DNA from: Candidatus Bathyarchaeota archaeon | Lineage (GTDB): Archaea; Thermoproteota; Bathyarchaeia; TCS64 | Assembly: GCA_043826455.1 (NCBI GenBank) | Contig: JBDRQD010000048.1 | Coordinates: forward strand, 128,001 to 192,000 | Reading direction: 5' to 3' | DNA: 64,000 bases | Part shown: positions 35,979 to 44,127 of the stretch, piece by piece | How the letters are laid out: the number at the start of each line of letters is the position of its first letter | Numbering within the stretch: position 1 is the stretch's first letter | The notes under the pieces: generated by a model | Told to the model about the DNA's origin: nothing | What the model saw: only the letters and a program-made list of their open reading frames with translations | The model's database searches: none | Program-made: the position numbers and the translations under genes

Positions 35979-37774
35979 TGCAGACAGTGAAGGGCGCGGC
36001 CCGGGAGCACACGGTGCAGATGGGCGGCCTCCTAGAGAAGGTAGGGGAGCTGAAGCAGAGGAACGCAAGGTTCATCACCACCACCCTCAGGGACCTGGGC
36101 GGCTCCCTGGAGGTCATCCACCACTTCGAGGTGGGCGGCGTCGTGGAGAACATCCACATGACCGTCCCCAAGGGTGAGCCCATCCAGAGCGTAACCCCCG
36201 AGTACCCGGTGGCCTTCATAGCCGAGAACGAGGCCCGGGACCTGTTCAACGTTGAGTTCAAGGACCTGGCCCTGGACCTGGGCGGAAAGATGCTCAAGAT
36301 CGCCACAAGCCCCTCCACGCTGCTGAAGCCGGCGGAGGGCCCCCAGCCCCCCATCATGAGGAAGCTGGGCCCCTGCAGGGAGGAGTGCCCCGCCATGGTG
36401 AACATCCCCCGGTACATACGGGAGGTGGAGGCAGGCGAGTACGAGGCCGCATACGACACCATCATCGACAGGGCCCCCATACCGGCCATCCTGGGCCGCG
36501 TATGCTTCGCCCCCTGCCAGGATGGGTGCAGGCAGGTATTCGAGGCCAAGCCCATCCAGATCAGGCTCCTGAAGAGGGTCGCAGCTGACGGGTTCAAGGA
36601 GCAGAACGGTGGCCTGGTACGCAACGTCCAGCGGAAGACCGCGACGGGCAAACGTGTGGCCGTCATCGGCGGAGGCCCCGCCGGCGTCTCGGCCGCCTAC
36701 TACCTGGGCATGCTGGGCCACAGCGTCATCCTATACGAGAAGAGCGGCATCCTGGGCGGAGCCATGGCGTGGGGCATACCCAAGTACAGGCTCCCCAAGG
36801 ACATCATGGTGGAGGAGCTGGAAGCAAGGCTGGAGGAGGCCGGCGCAGAGGTCAGGCTCAACGCCGAGGTCACGGACCTGGACCGGCTCATGGAGGAGGG
36901 CTACGACGCCGCCTTCATAGGCATAGGCGCCGAGAAGTGCAATGACCTCAGGTGCAAGGGCGAGGACAGTGAGGGCGTCATAACCTTCACCGATCTTCTC
37001 ACAGCCGTCAACATCAGGAACGAGACCCCGGACCTGGGCAGACGCGTCGCCATCATAGGCGGCGGCAACAGCGCCATGGACTCAGCCAGGACCGCCAGGC
37101 GGCTGGGGGCCGAGGAGGTGACCGTCTACTACAGGCGCATGGAGGAGGAGATGCCCGCCAGCCTCCACGAGCTGAGCGGAGCCATAGAGGAGGACATCAA
37201 CTTTGACTTCCTCAGCAGCCAGATCATCATCCACCCAGGAAAGCCTCTCATCATCGAGTTCCAGCCCATGGTTCCCGGTGAGCCCGACGAGTCAGGCAGA
37301 CGCCGGCCGGTGCCCATGGAGGGCCTAAGCCACAAGGTGGAGGTGGACACAATAGTCTCGGCCATCGGCTCCTACTGCGTGGTGCCCCCCGGATTCAAGG
37401 TGGAGGTGAGCCGCCACGGCAACATCGTCATCGACGAGAACATGAAGACCAGCAGGGACGGCGTCTACGCCGGAGGCGACATCGCCTACGGCACAAGCAA
37501 CGTCATATCCTCCCTCAGGGACGGCAGGCGCGCCGCCTCATCCATCGACAAGTACCTAGGAGGCGAAGGCCTCGACGAGCCGGTCCCCGACATGAGCGAG
37601 TTCGTCTCCAGGCAGGCCGACCTGGACGAGATCAGGGCCCGCGACCAGGCCCCCATCCCCGAACTGGAGGCCGAGGAGCGCATCAAGAGCTTCGCGGAGA
37701 TAGAGCTACTCCTGGAGAAGTGCACAGCGAATTGCGAGGCGGGGAGATGCTGGAGGTGCGACTGGAATGAGTGA
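35978..37774 (+). CDS. Fusion of EchD/NuoC-like domain with GltD-family Fe-S flavoprotein
   Basis: First ~120 aa SVTPEYPVAFIAENEARDLFNVEF (NuoC/EchD); then CREECP, LGRVC..PC...C, GGGPAG, GIP.YRLP, GGGNSAMD, YRR, YAGGD, EAGRCWRC. Confidence 0.88.
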   Translation: MQTVKGAAREHTVQMGGLLEKVGELKQRNARFITTTLRDLGGSLEVIHHFEVGGVVENIHMTVPKGEPIQSVTPEYPVAFIAENEARDLFNVEFKDLALDLGGKMLKIATSPSTLLKPAEGPQPPIMRKLGPCREECPAMVNIPRYIREVEAGEYEAAYDTIIDRAPIPAILGRVCFAPCQDGCRQVFEAKPIQIRLLKRVAADGFKEQNGGLVRNVQRKTATGKRVAVIGGGPAGVSAAYYLGMLGHSVILYEKSGILGGAMAWGIPKYRLPKDIMVEELEARLEEAGAEVRLNAEVTDLDRLMEEGYDAAFIGIGAEKCNDLRCKGEDSEGVITFTDLLTAVNIRNETPDLGRRVAIIGGGNSAMDSARTARRLGAEEVTVYYRRMEEEMPASLHELSGAIEEDINFDFLSSQIIIHPGKPLIIEFQPMVPGEPDESGRRRPVPMEGLSHKVEVDTIVSAIGSYCVVPPGFKVEVSRHGNIVIDENMKTSRDGVYAGGDIAYGTSNVISSLRDGRRAASSIDKYLGGEGLDEPVPDMSEFVSRQADLDEIRARDQAPIPELEAEERIKSFAEIELLLEKCTANCEAGRCWRCDWNE

Positions 37775-38879
37775 CAAACAGAACCTGACCATCATACCCT
37801 TCGGGCCGCAGCACCCGGTGCTCCCCGAGCCCATACAGCTGCAGTTCTACGTGGACGAGGAGAGGATCGTGGACGTCATACCCAACATAGGGTACGTCCA
37901 CAGGGGCATAGAGCGCGCCATAGAGCTCAACGACTACAGGCGCAACCTGTACCTCTGCGAGCGCATCTGCGGCATCTGCAACATAATCCACGGCCAGACC
38001 TACGCGGGCCTCATAGAGAAGATGACCGACACACAGGTCCCCCTCAGGGCCAAGTACCTGCGCACCATATGGTCCGAGGTGGCCAGGCTCCAGAGCCACC
38101 TACTCTGGCTGGGCCTATTCGCCGAGGCCATAGGCTTCGAGAGCCTATTCATGAAGACGTGGCGCGACAGGGAGATCGTGCTGGAGCTGACGGAGGCAAC
38201 CAACGGCCACAGGATACACATGGGCACCACGGCCATCGGCGGCGTCATCAAGGACATGGACGAGAGGCTCAGGGACAGGTACCTCACGGACATGGGCCGT
38301 CTGGAGAAGGAGGTGAACGACTGGAGCCACGTCTTCTATAAGGACGCGGCCTTCAAGGAGAAGACCATGGGCAAGGGCATCCTGCCCAAGGCGGACGCCG
38401 TCCACCTAGGGGCAGTAGGCCCGGTGATACGCGGCAGCGGCATCCCCAACGACATCAGGACCACGGGATACGAGGCCTACGGCGAGCTAGAATTCAAGCC
38501 CATCACGCATGAAGGCTGCGACAGCTACGCCAGGACCCTGGTGCGGATGGACGAGGTCTACCAGAGCATCGGCCTCATCAGGCAGGCCATCAAGCAGCTC
38601 CCCGAGGGACCCATAATCGAGAAGAACGACAGGTTCCCCGACGGCGAAGCCATGATCCGCACCGAGCAGCCCAGGGGAGAGGTCTTCTACTACGGCAAAG
38701 GGAACGGCACCATCTATCTGGAGCGGTGCAGGATCAGGACCCCAACGATACCCAACATACCTCCGCTGCTGAGGATGCTGGTGGGCTATGAGGTGGCTGA
38801 CATACCGACGATAGTCCACAGCATCGACCCGTGCATGAGCTGCACCGAGCGCATCACCCAGGTGAAGGAGGCCTCCTAG
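37767..38879 (+). CDS. echE: Group 4 [NiFe]-hydrogenase large subunit (EchE)
   Basis: GPQHP, GYVHRGIE, L1 ERICGIC, EQPRGE, L2 DPCMSCTER. Confidence 0.92.
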   Translation: MSDKQNLTIIPFGPQHPVLPEPIQLQFYVDEERIVDVIPNIGYVHRGIERAIELNDYRRNLYLCERICGICNIIHGQTYAGLIEKMTDTQVPLRAKYLRTIWSEVARLQSHLLWLGLFAEAIGFESLFMKTWRDREIVLELTEATNGHRIHMGTTAIGGVIKDMDERLRDRYLTDMGRLEKEVNDWSHVFYKDAAFKEKTMGKGILPKADAVHLGAVGPVIRGSGIPNDIRTTGYEAYGELEFKPITHEGCDSYARTLVRMDEVYQSIGLIRQAIKQLPEGPIIEKNDRFPDGEAMIRTEQPRGEVFYYGKGNGTIYLERCRIRTPTIPNIPPLLRMLVGYEVADIPTIVHSIDPCMSCTERITQVKEAS

Positions 38880-39209
38880 ATGCCCAGGTTCCTACGAAAC
38901 GTACTCGAGAACCTCTTCGGTAAGCCGGCGACGGTCAGGTACCCCTTCGAGAAGCCGCCGCTGCCCGAGGGCACAAGGGGCGAGCTCAACTTCAACATGG
39001 TGCGGTGCGACCAGTGCCAGGACTGCGAGAGGATATGCCCCTCGGCCGCCATCACGGTGCACGTGGAGGAGAAGACCATCGACTGGGAGCCCTTCAAGTG
39101 CATCTACTGCCACGCCTGCGTCAGGGCCTGCATGCACAAGGCCATAGAGGCCAAGGACAACGTCTCCAGCCCCGGCTACAAGGTAGCCAAGAAGACGTTC
39201 AAGGCCTAG
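38880..39209 (+). CDS. echF: 2[4Fe-4S] subunit (EchF/NuoI family)
   Basis: KPAT..YP, CDQCQDCERICP, CIYCHACVRAC. Confidence 0.88.
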   Translation: MPRFLRNVLENLFGKPATVRYPFEKPPLPEGTRGELNFNMVRCDQCQDCERICPSAAITVHVEEKTIDWEPFKCIYCHACVRACMHKAIEAKDNVSSPGYKVAKKTFKA

Positions 39210-40210
39210 CCCCCGTCTTCACCCAACCTTTTCAGTACCCTGCAGATGTCTAGGCCCAGCCAAAGCTCCCTCTCACGGGTCACAGGCGTGTCCTTCTCCA
39301 CGTCACCAGCCTTGTAGCTTGTGCTCCACAGTCCGTCGGGCCTCTGATGCTCCACTAGCCAGTCCACGGCCCTCCTGATATCCGGGTCGTCCCGGCTGAA
39401 CCCCATCCGTGAGAGACTGTCCAGGCTGGTCACCAGGTTGGGCCACCAGAAAAGGAACCTGACCCAGTAGCCAGGGTCCCTGTACGATGTGTACGCGTCG
39501 GGCTTGAAAAAACGGCTCTTGAGAAGCCTAGCGGCTTGGAGCGCCTCCTCCCTGCGCCGGTACTCGGGGTGGACAGCGAAGGCACGAAGTACCATATCTG
39601 TCCAGTTGTGGCTGAAGGGCTTGGAGCGGTCCGGCTCAAGGGTCTCCCAAGGCCCCGCGGTGGCCCTGAGCCCCGTCGTGCGATCCAGCCTGCGGGTGAT
39701 GAGGGGCACCGTCCAGCCGCCGTCTCCCTGCCTCATGGAGAGAAGCCACTGGAAGCCCCTGCGGATGCGGTGGTCGTCGCCGTAGCCGCAGAGTATTAGC
39801 ACCGCCATGGTCTCACCTGTGTAGTAGGTGGCGTACTGGTCTCCGATGAAACCCCGGAAATCGCCTTCTAGGGTCTGCCAACCGAACATGTACTCGGAGG
39901 CCCTGGCGACGGCCTCGTGGTCCCGGGTGAGCTGGTGCCTCCTGACCAATACCCTGAGAGCCTTGAACGTCTCCACCAGCGCTCTACGCCCCGGCGGGTA
40001 CCCCTCCTCCTTGCCCGAGGGCCTCCAAGAACCGTCGTCCCTCTGCTTCATGAGAATCTTCCTAACCTCCGGTAGACCCCATACCGCCTCTACGGGGCCC
40101 GGATTTTCGCCTAGGATGTCACGCCTAGCGAAGTACGTCACCGCAGCACTCCCTGACGTAGTTAAAGCCTTTAATGGGTCATGTCTCAGCTCATCAAACA
40201 AATCAGTCAA
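39206..40210 (-). CDS. Prenyltransferase/squalene-cyclase (QW) repeat protein
   Basis: QRDDGSW, QTLEGDF, RQGDGGW, HQRPDGLW. Confidence 0.7.
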   Translation of the reverse strand: MTDLFDELRHDPLKALTTSGSAAVTYFARRDILGENPGPVEAVWGLPEVRKILMKQRDDGSWRPSGKEEGYPPGRRALVETFKALRVLVRRHQLTRDHEAVARASEYMFGWQTLEGDFRGFIGDQYATYYTGETMAVLILCGYGDDHRIRRGFQWLLSMRQGDGGWTVPLITRRLDRTTGLRATAGPWETLEPDRSKPFSHNWTDMVLRAFAVHPEYRRREEALQAARLLKSRFFKPDAYTSYRDPGYWVRFLFWWPNLVTSLDSLSRMGFSRDDPDIRRAVDWLVEHQRPDGLWSTSYKAGDVEKDTPVTRERELWLGLDICRVLKRLGEDGG

Positions 40211-40290
40211 GGCCTGTTAATCACCCACTGAACCCGAGTAGCGGCTCCGAGTTCAGCTAGGTTTAACTCCGATAAGAATCCGGCGCCCGG

Positions 40291-40632
40291 CTACTTGTAC
40301 TGCTCCTTGTAGGAGGTCTCCTCCAGCATGTCCAGCCGAGCCTCCAGACGGGCCAGGCTCATCTCTATCTTCATCAAACCGTCCCTGAGGCCGTCAGCGA
40401 TCTCCATGAGGGCCACGCTCATCTCCAGGGGCAGGTCCCCCTTCACCTGGTAGAACTCGTCTTGGCTCTTCTTGATGAGGATGACGTTGCTGATCCTGTG
40501 GATGCCCTCGATCTGGGCGTTGAAGCTCTGGAGCTGCTTCTTAGCCTCGTCCAGCAGGGCCCTGTAGTCGCTGAGCTTGAGGTCCTCCCAGGGTGTGTCA
40601 GTCAAGTCGCTCCACCTGAAGCTCCGTTTCAC
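40291..40632 (-). CDS. Hypothetical coiled-coil protein (weak prefoldin-beta resemblance)
   Basis: Helix-IHRISNVILIKKSQDE-helix; true start may be TTG at 40605 behind AGGTGGAG. Confidence 0.55.
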   Translation of the reverse strand: MKRSFRWSDLTDTPWEDLKLSDYRALLDEAKKQLQSFNAQIEGIHRISNVILIKKSQDEFYQVKGDLPLEMSVALMEIADGLRDGLMKIEMSLARLEARLDMLEETSYKEQYK

Positions 40633-40750
40633 GTAATTTTAAAGGATTCCCCGGGCAAAGGAGGCCGTTTCAGCGTTTTCTCATATTTTTCCCGGGAAAA
40701 ACGTTAACACTGTACAGAGGACCCAAGTTAGTTTTTCGGTAAAATGAAAG

Positions 40751-40888
40751 TGCCCGAACGGTCTCGTCCCGGAGACGAAGGTTTCCACCGAGCCAAAGCC
40801 CAGCGCTTCCCTCTGAAGCCCGTCTCCGCTTCTCCGCGACCCACTGGTCTTCCGCTTCTTGGGCCCTTGGGTCGCTCCCATTCGGGCA
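40751..40888 (-). ncRNA. Candidate structured RNA of unknown family
   Basis: 11-bp closing stem enclosing four hairpins; G-U pairs valid only on the minus strand; TATA-like TATAAC ~25 nt upstream. Confidence 0.5.
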
Positions 40889-41149
40889 AAACATTATTGT
40901 CCACTTGTCTGTTATAGGCTTGGTGTTGAGTGCCAGCCACAAGCCGGGGCCCGCTGGACACCTAAAACACACAGGTTTTGCGTCAAACATGTTAATAATA
41001 TCCCATCCATCTAGGACAACCAATTTTATAGCTGCCCCCGATCAAGTGCAGCACTCCCACCCCCTAGAATTGTATCGCTCATACATTATTCCCCGGTGAC
41101 TACCCGACACGGGCTAATCTTTTCAACCTGGGGGGAGACACTTAAACTG

Positions 41150-42007
41150 ATGGAGCGCCTCACCAAGGCCCGGCTCAGCAACCTGGACAAGGTCCTGTAC
41201 CCGGAGCTGGGCCTCACCAAGGCCCAGGTCATCGAGTACTACGTCAGGGTCGCGCCCAGGATGCTCCCCTTCCTCAGGGACCGGGCCCTGGTCAGGGCCA
41301 GGTACCCCGACGGGGTAGACGCCGAGGGCTTCTACGAGAAGGACGCCTCCTCCGGAACCCCTGAGTGGGTGAAGACTTATACCAAGTTCAGTGAGAGCTC
41401 GGCCAAGGACACGGAGTACGTGGTCTGCGGCGACCTGGACACCCTCATCTGGCTTGCCAACCTGGCAGCCCTGGAGCTCCACGTCCCCCTGTCAAGGGTG
41501 CCCCTCACGGACATCCCCGACCTGTGCCTCTTCGACCTGGACCCAGAGCCCCCTGCTGGGCTGAGGGAGGCCGTCCAGGCAGTGTTCCTCCTTAGGGAGG
41601 CCTTGGAGGACCTGGGCCTCAAGCCCTACGTGAAGACCTCGGGCAGGAAGGGGGTCCACGTCGTCGTGCCCTTGGAGCCCCTGTACACCTTTGAGGAGAC
41701 CCGGAGTTTTGTTCACAGAATCGGTGTGGGGCTGGCTGAGAACCACGAACTCGTAGTGTCGGAGAGGAGCCAGACCGGGGAGCCTGGGACGGTGCTTGTG
41801 GACTACCCCCAGAACAGTGAGCACGCCACCATGGTTGCCCCCTACAGCCTCAGGGCCATCAGGGAGGCCACCGTAAGCACGCCCCTGGAGTGGGGTGAGC
41901 TGGCTACGCTCAGGCCCTTCGACCACAACATCTTCAACGTGCCTGACAGGCGGAAGGACCCTTGGGGCGGGATGCTGGAGGAGCCCCAGCGGCTGCCTAC
42001 ACTATGA
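41150..42007 (+). CDS. LigD-type primase-polymerase (stand-alone Pol domain)
   Basis: LSNLDKVLYP, RYPDG, FYEK, N.AALELH, FDLDP, KTSG.KG.HV, VDY.QN, VAPYSLR, VSTPLEW.E. Confidence 0.92.
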   Translation: MERLTKARLSNLDKVLYPELGLTKAQVIEYYVRVAPRMLPFLRDRALVRARYPDGVDAEGFYEKDASSGTPEWVKTYTKFSESSAKDTEYVVCGDLDTLIWLANLAALELHVPLSRVPLTDIPDLCLFDLDPEPPAGLREAVQAVFLLREALEDLGLKPYVKTSGRKGVHVVVPLEPLYTFEETRSFVHRIGVGLAENHELVVSERSQTGEPGTVLVDYPQNSEHATMVAPYSLRAIREATVSTPLEWGELATLRPFDHNIFNVPDRRKDPWGGMLEEPQRLPTL

Positions 42008-43301
42008 AAGGCCCCACTAGGGCCACCACGGCCAAGGCAAGCAGCCCTAGGATGACGCTCATGAACGTTATGGTCCTGTAGCCCTGGCCCACATCCATGT
42101 CCCCGAACCCGGTGACCACCCAGAAGAAGCTGTCGTTGACGTTGACGCACACCATGGCCCCGGCGCTCACCGCCAGCGTAGCCGTCACCGGGTCCACCCC
42201 CAGGCTGGGCAGCAGGGGCAGCACTATGGCTGGGGCCGTAACCATGGTCACCATGCTGGAGCCCTGACCCGTCTTGATGAGGGCCGCGATGATGAACACC
42301 ACCAGGAGCCCGGGCAGCCCCAGGCCGCTGGACATGCCCCCCAGGACGCCGCCGATGCCCACCTCCTGGAGTATGAGGCCCAGGACGCCTCCCGCCCCCA
42401 CGATGACCAGGATGCCGGCCGACCTGGCCACCCCCTGGCTGATCCAGCCGTTCACAGTCGCGGGTTCGCGGCCAGTGGTGAGCAGCAATGACATGAGGAC
42501 ACCTATGGGTAACGCTATTACCGGGTTCCCCACCAGCTCTAAGATACTCGGATTCGGGAGCATAGACCTGGCTACAATGAGGGCTATGGGCACCAGTATG
42601 ACCCCGAAGGACACCCAGGGGCTGGGGAGGCTCCCGTACTTCTCCGCCAGCCTGTCGTACTCCTCCGTGCTTCGCGCGGACCCCTCGTTGAGGGAGCCGC
42701 CCAGCCTGTAGGCCAGCCATAAGCCGACCACGAACACGGGGAGGCTCGCGGCCACGCCCAGAAGAATGACCTTGGAGACTTCAGCCCCGAACATGGTGGC
42801 CGGGAACAGGGGTGCAGCCGGGAAAACTAGCTTGAAGCTGCTGAAGGTGCCAGCGGCCAGGGCCAGGGTGAACAGCTGCAGCCCGTAGCCGCTCCCCGTG
42901 GACAGGGCCTTGGCCAGGGGGGACAGCATTATGAAGGCGGTATCGCAGCACATCACCGGCAACGCCAGGATATAGCCGGCGAGGCCCGTGGCCACGGGGC
43001 TCCTGCCCCTGCCCACCCAGCCCAGGACCGTCCTGGAGACCACGTAGGTGGCCCCCGTCTCCTCCATCACCTTACCCATTACCGTGGCCGAGACTATGAT
43101 GATGGCAATGAAGCCCAGGACCTTGCTGAAACCCTGGACAACCAGCTCGCTCAGCCTAGCGGCCGGGATACCGTAGGCCACCCCCATAGCCACCGCCACG
43201 AAGAACATGGACAGGAAAGGGTGAGCCCTCACCTTGGTGGTCAGCACCACTATGCTTAGGATGCCGGCCAGGAACACTAGAAGAATCGCTGCTCCATCCA
43301 A
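41997..43301 (-). CDS. GntP-family permease
   Basis: HPFLS, IKTGQGSS.V, NDSFFWVV; multiple TM helices. Confidence 0.85.
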   Translation of the reverse strand: MDGAAILLVFLAGILSIVVLTTKVRAHPFLSMFFVAVAMGVAYGIPAARLSELVVQGFSKVLGFIAIIIVSATVMGKVMEETGATYVVSRTVLGWVGRGRSPVATGLAGYILALPVMCCDTAFIMLSPLAKALSTGSGYGLQLFTLALAAGTFSSFKLVFPAAPLFPATMFGAEVSKVILLGVAASLPVFVVGLWLAYRLGGSLNEGSARSTEEYDRLAEKYGSLPSPWVSFGVILVPIALIVARSMLPNPSILELVGNPVIALPIGVLMSLLLTTGREPATVNGWISQGVARSAGILVIVGAGGVLGLILQEVGIGGVLGGMSSGLGLPGLLVVFIIAALIKTGQGSSMVTMVTAPAIVLPLLPSLGVDPVTATLAVSAGAMVCVNVNDSFFWVVTGFGDMDVGQGYRTITFMSVILGLLALAVVALVGPFIV

Positions 43302-43330
43302 ATGTTTTCACCTTAAAAAAATGGGTGGCC

Positions 43331-43477
43331 TCAGCAGCACCTGCCGGGGACCACGATCTTCTTGGTCTCCCCACAGCAGGTCGCCTCGGCCTCTGTCACT
43401 GCCTCGCAGCAGGTTTCCTCCGCTTCCCCTGCACAGCAGGGGGCTTCCGTCTTTTTCTCTGACACGGCTTCCACCAT
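43331..43477 (-). CDS. Cys-Cys repeat peptide, metallothionein-like (48 aa; missed by ORF track)
   Basis: MVEAVSEKKTEAPCCAGEAEETCCEAVTEAEATCCGETKKIVVPGRCC; AT-rich promoter upstream, T-run after the stop. Confidence 0.7.
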   Translation of the reverse strand: MVEAVSEKKTEAPCCAGEAEETCCEAVTEAEATCCGETKKIVVPGRCC

Positions 43478-43504
43478 GATCACATTGGAATATTAAGATA
43501 GATA

Positions 43505-43516
43505 AACAATATTGTT
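43505..43516. promoter_or_regulatory. Palindromic candidate operator
   Basis: Perfect palindrome AACAATATTGTT in the divergent intergenic region. Confidence 0.5.
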
Positions 43517-43562
43517 AATAAAACAAGGCGAAAACAGTAAAATATATAAGATTCTTAGGTGA

Positions 43563-44015
43563 ATGGTTCTCTTGATGGGTTTGGACGACACCGACAGAAC
43601 GATCCTCAGGATGCTGAAGGTGGACGCCAGGGTATCCCTGGCCCAGATCAGCCGGGAGGTGGGACTCAGCAGCCCCAGCATCAAGGACCGGATAGACAAG
43701 CTGGAGGCCGAGGGAGTAATCCTGGGCTACAGGCCGGTGCTGGAGTACGGGAAACTGGGCCTGGGCCTCACGGGCTTCGTGGGGGTCATGCTGGACCCCC
43801 AGCGGTGCTGCGACGAGGACATAGTCAGGGACCTGGAGACGGTGGAGGGCGTCGTGGAGGGCTGGTTCACGGACGGTGATGAGGACATGCTCCTCATGGT
43901 GAGGGCTGCCGACCCTCCGTCCCTCATGGAGACCGTGAACAGGATCAGGAGCATCCAGGGCGTCTACAGGACCCGGACCGTCATCACCCTGGCCAACCCC
44001 ATAAAGAGGGTTTAA
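43563..44015 (+). CDS. Lrp/AsnC-family regulator with Cys-Cys in the effector domain
   Basis: LDDTDRTIL..L..DAR, RI.KLE.EGVI.GY; RAM domain with DPQRCCDED. Confidence 0.92.
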   Translation: MVLLMGLDDTDRTILRMLKVDARVSLAQISREVGLSSPSIKDRIDKLEAEGVILGYRPVLEYGKLGLGLTGFVGVMLDPQRCCDEDIVRDLETVEGVVEGWFTDGDEDMLLMVRAADPPSLMETVNRIRSIQGVYRTRTVITLANPIKRV

Positions 44016-44127
44016 GACAAACCTTCAAAGCGTCTGACCCGGATCATCTTCCATGAGGCTCAGGCTGCCGCTCTGGCTGGCGCTGCTGGCCGATCTCTGG
44101 GTCCGTGTCCGGGCTAGCGACACCCAT

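Noticed and set aside
32759..39209. Complex I (Nuo/Fpo) or hydrogenase-like Ehr/Mbx complex
   Set aside because: The large subunit retains both Ni-binding CxxC motifs, and gene order and sizes match Ech.
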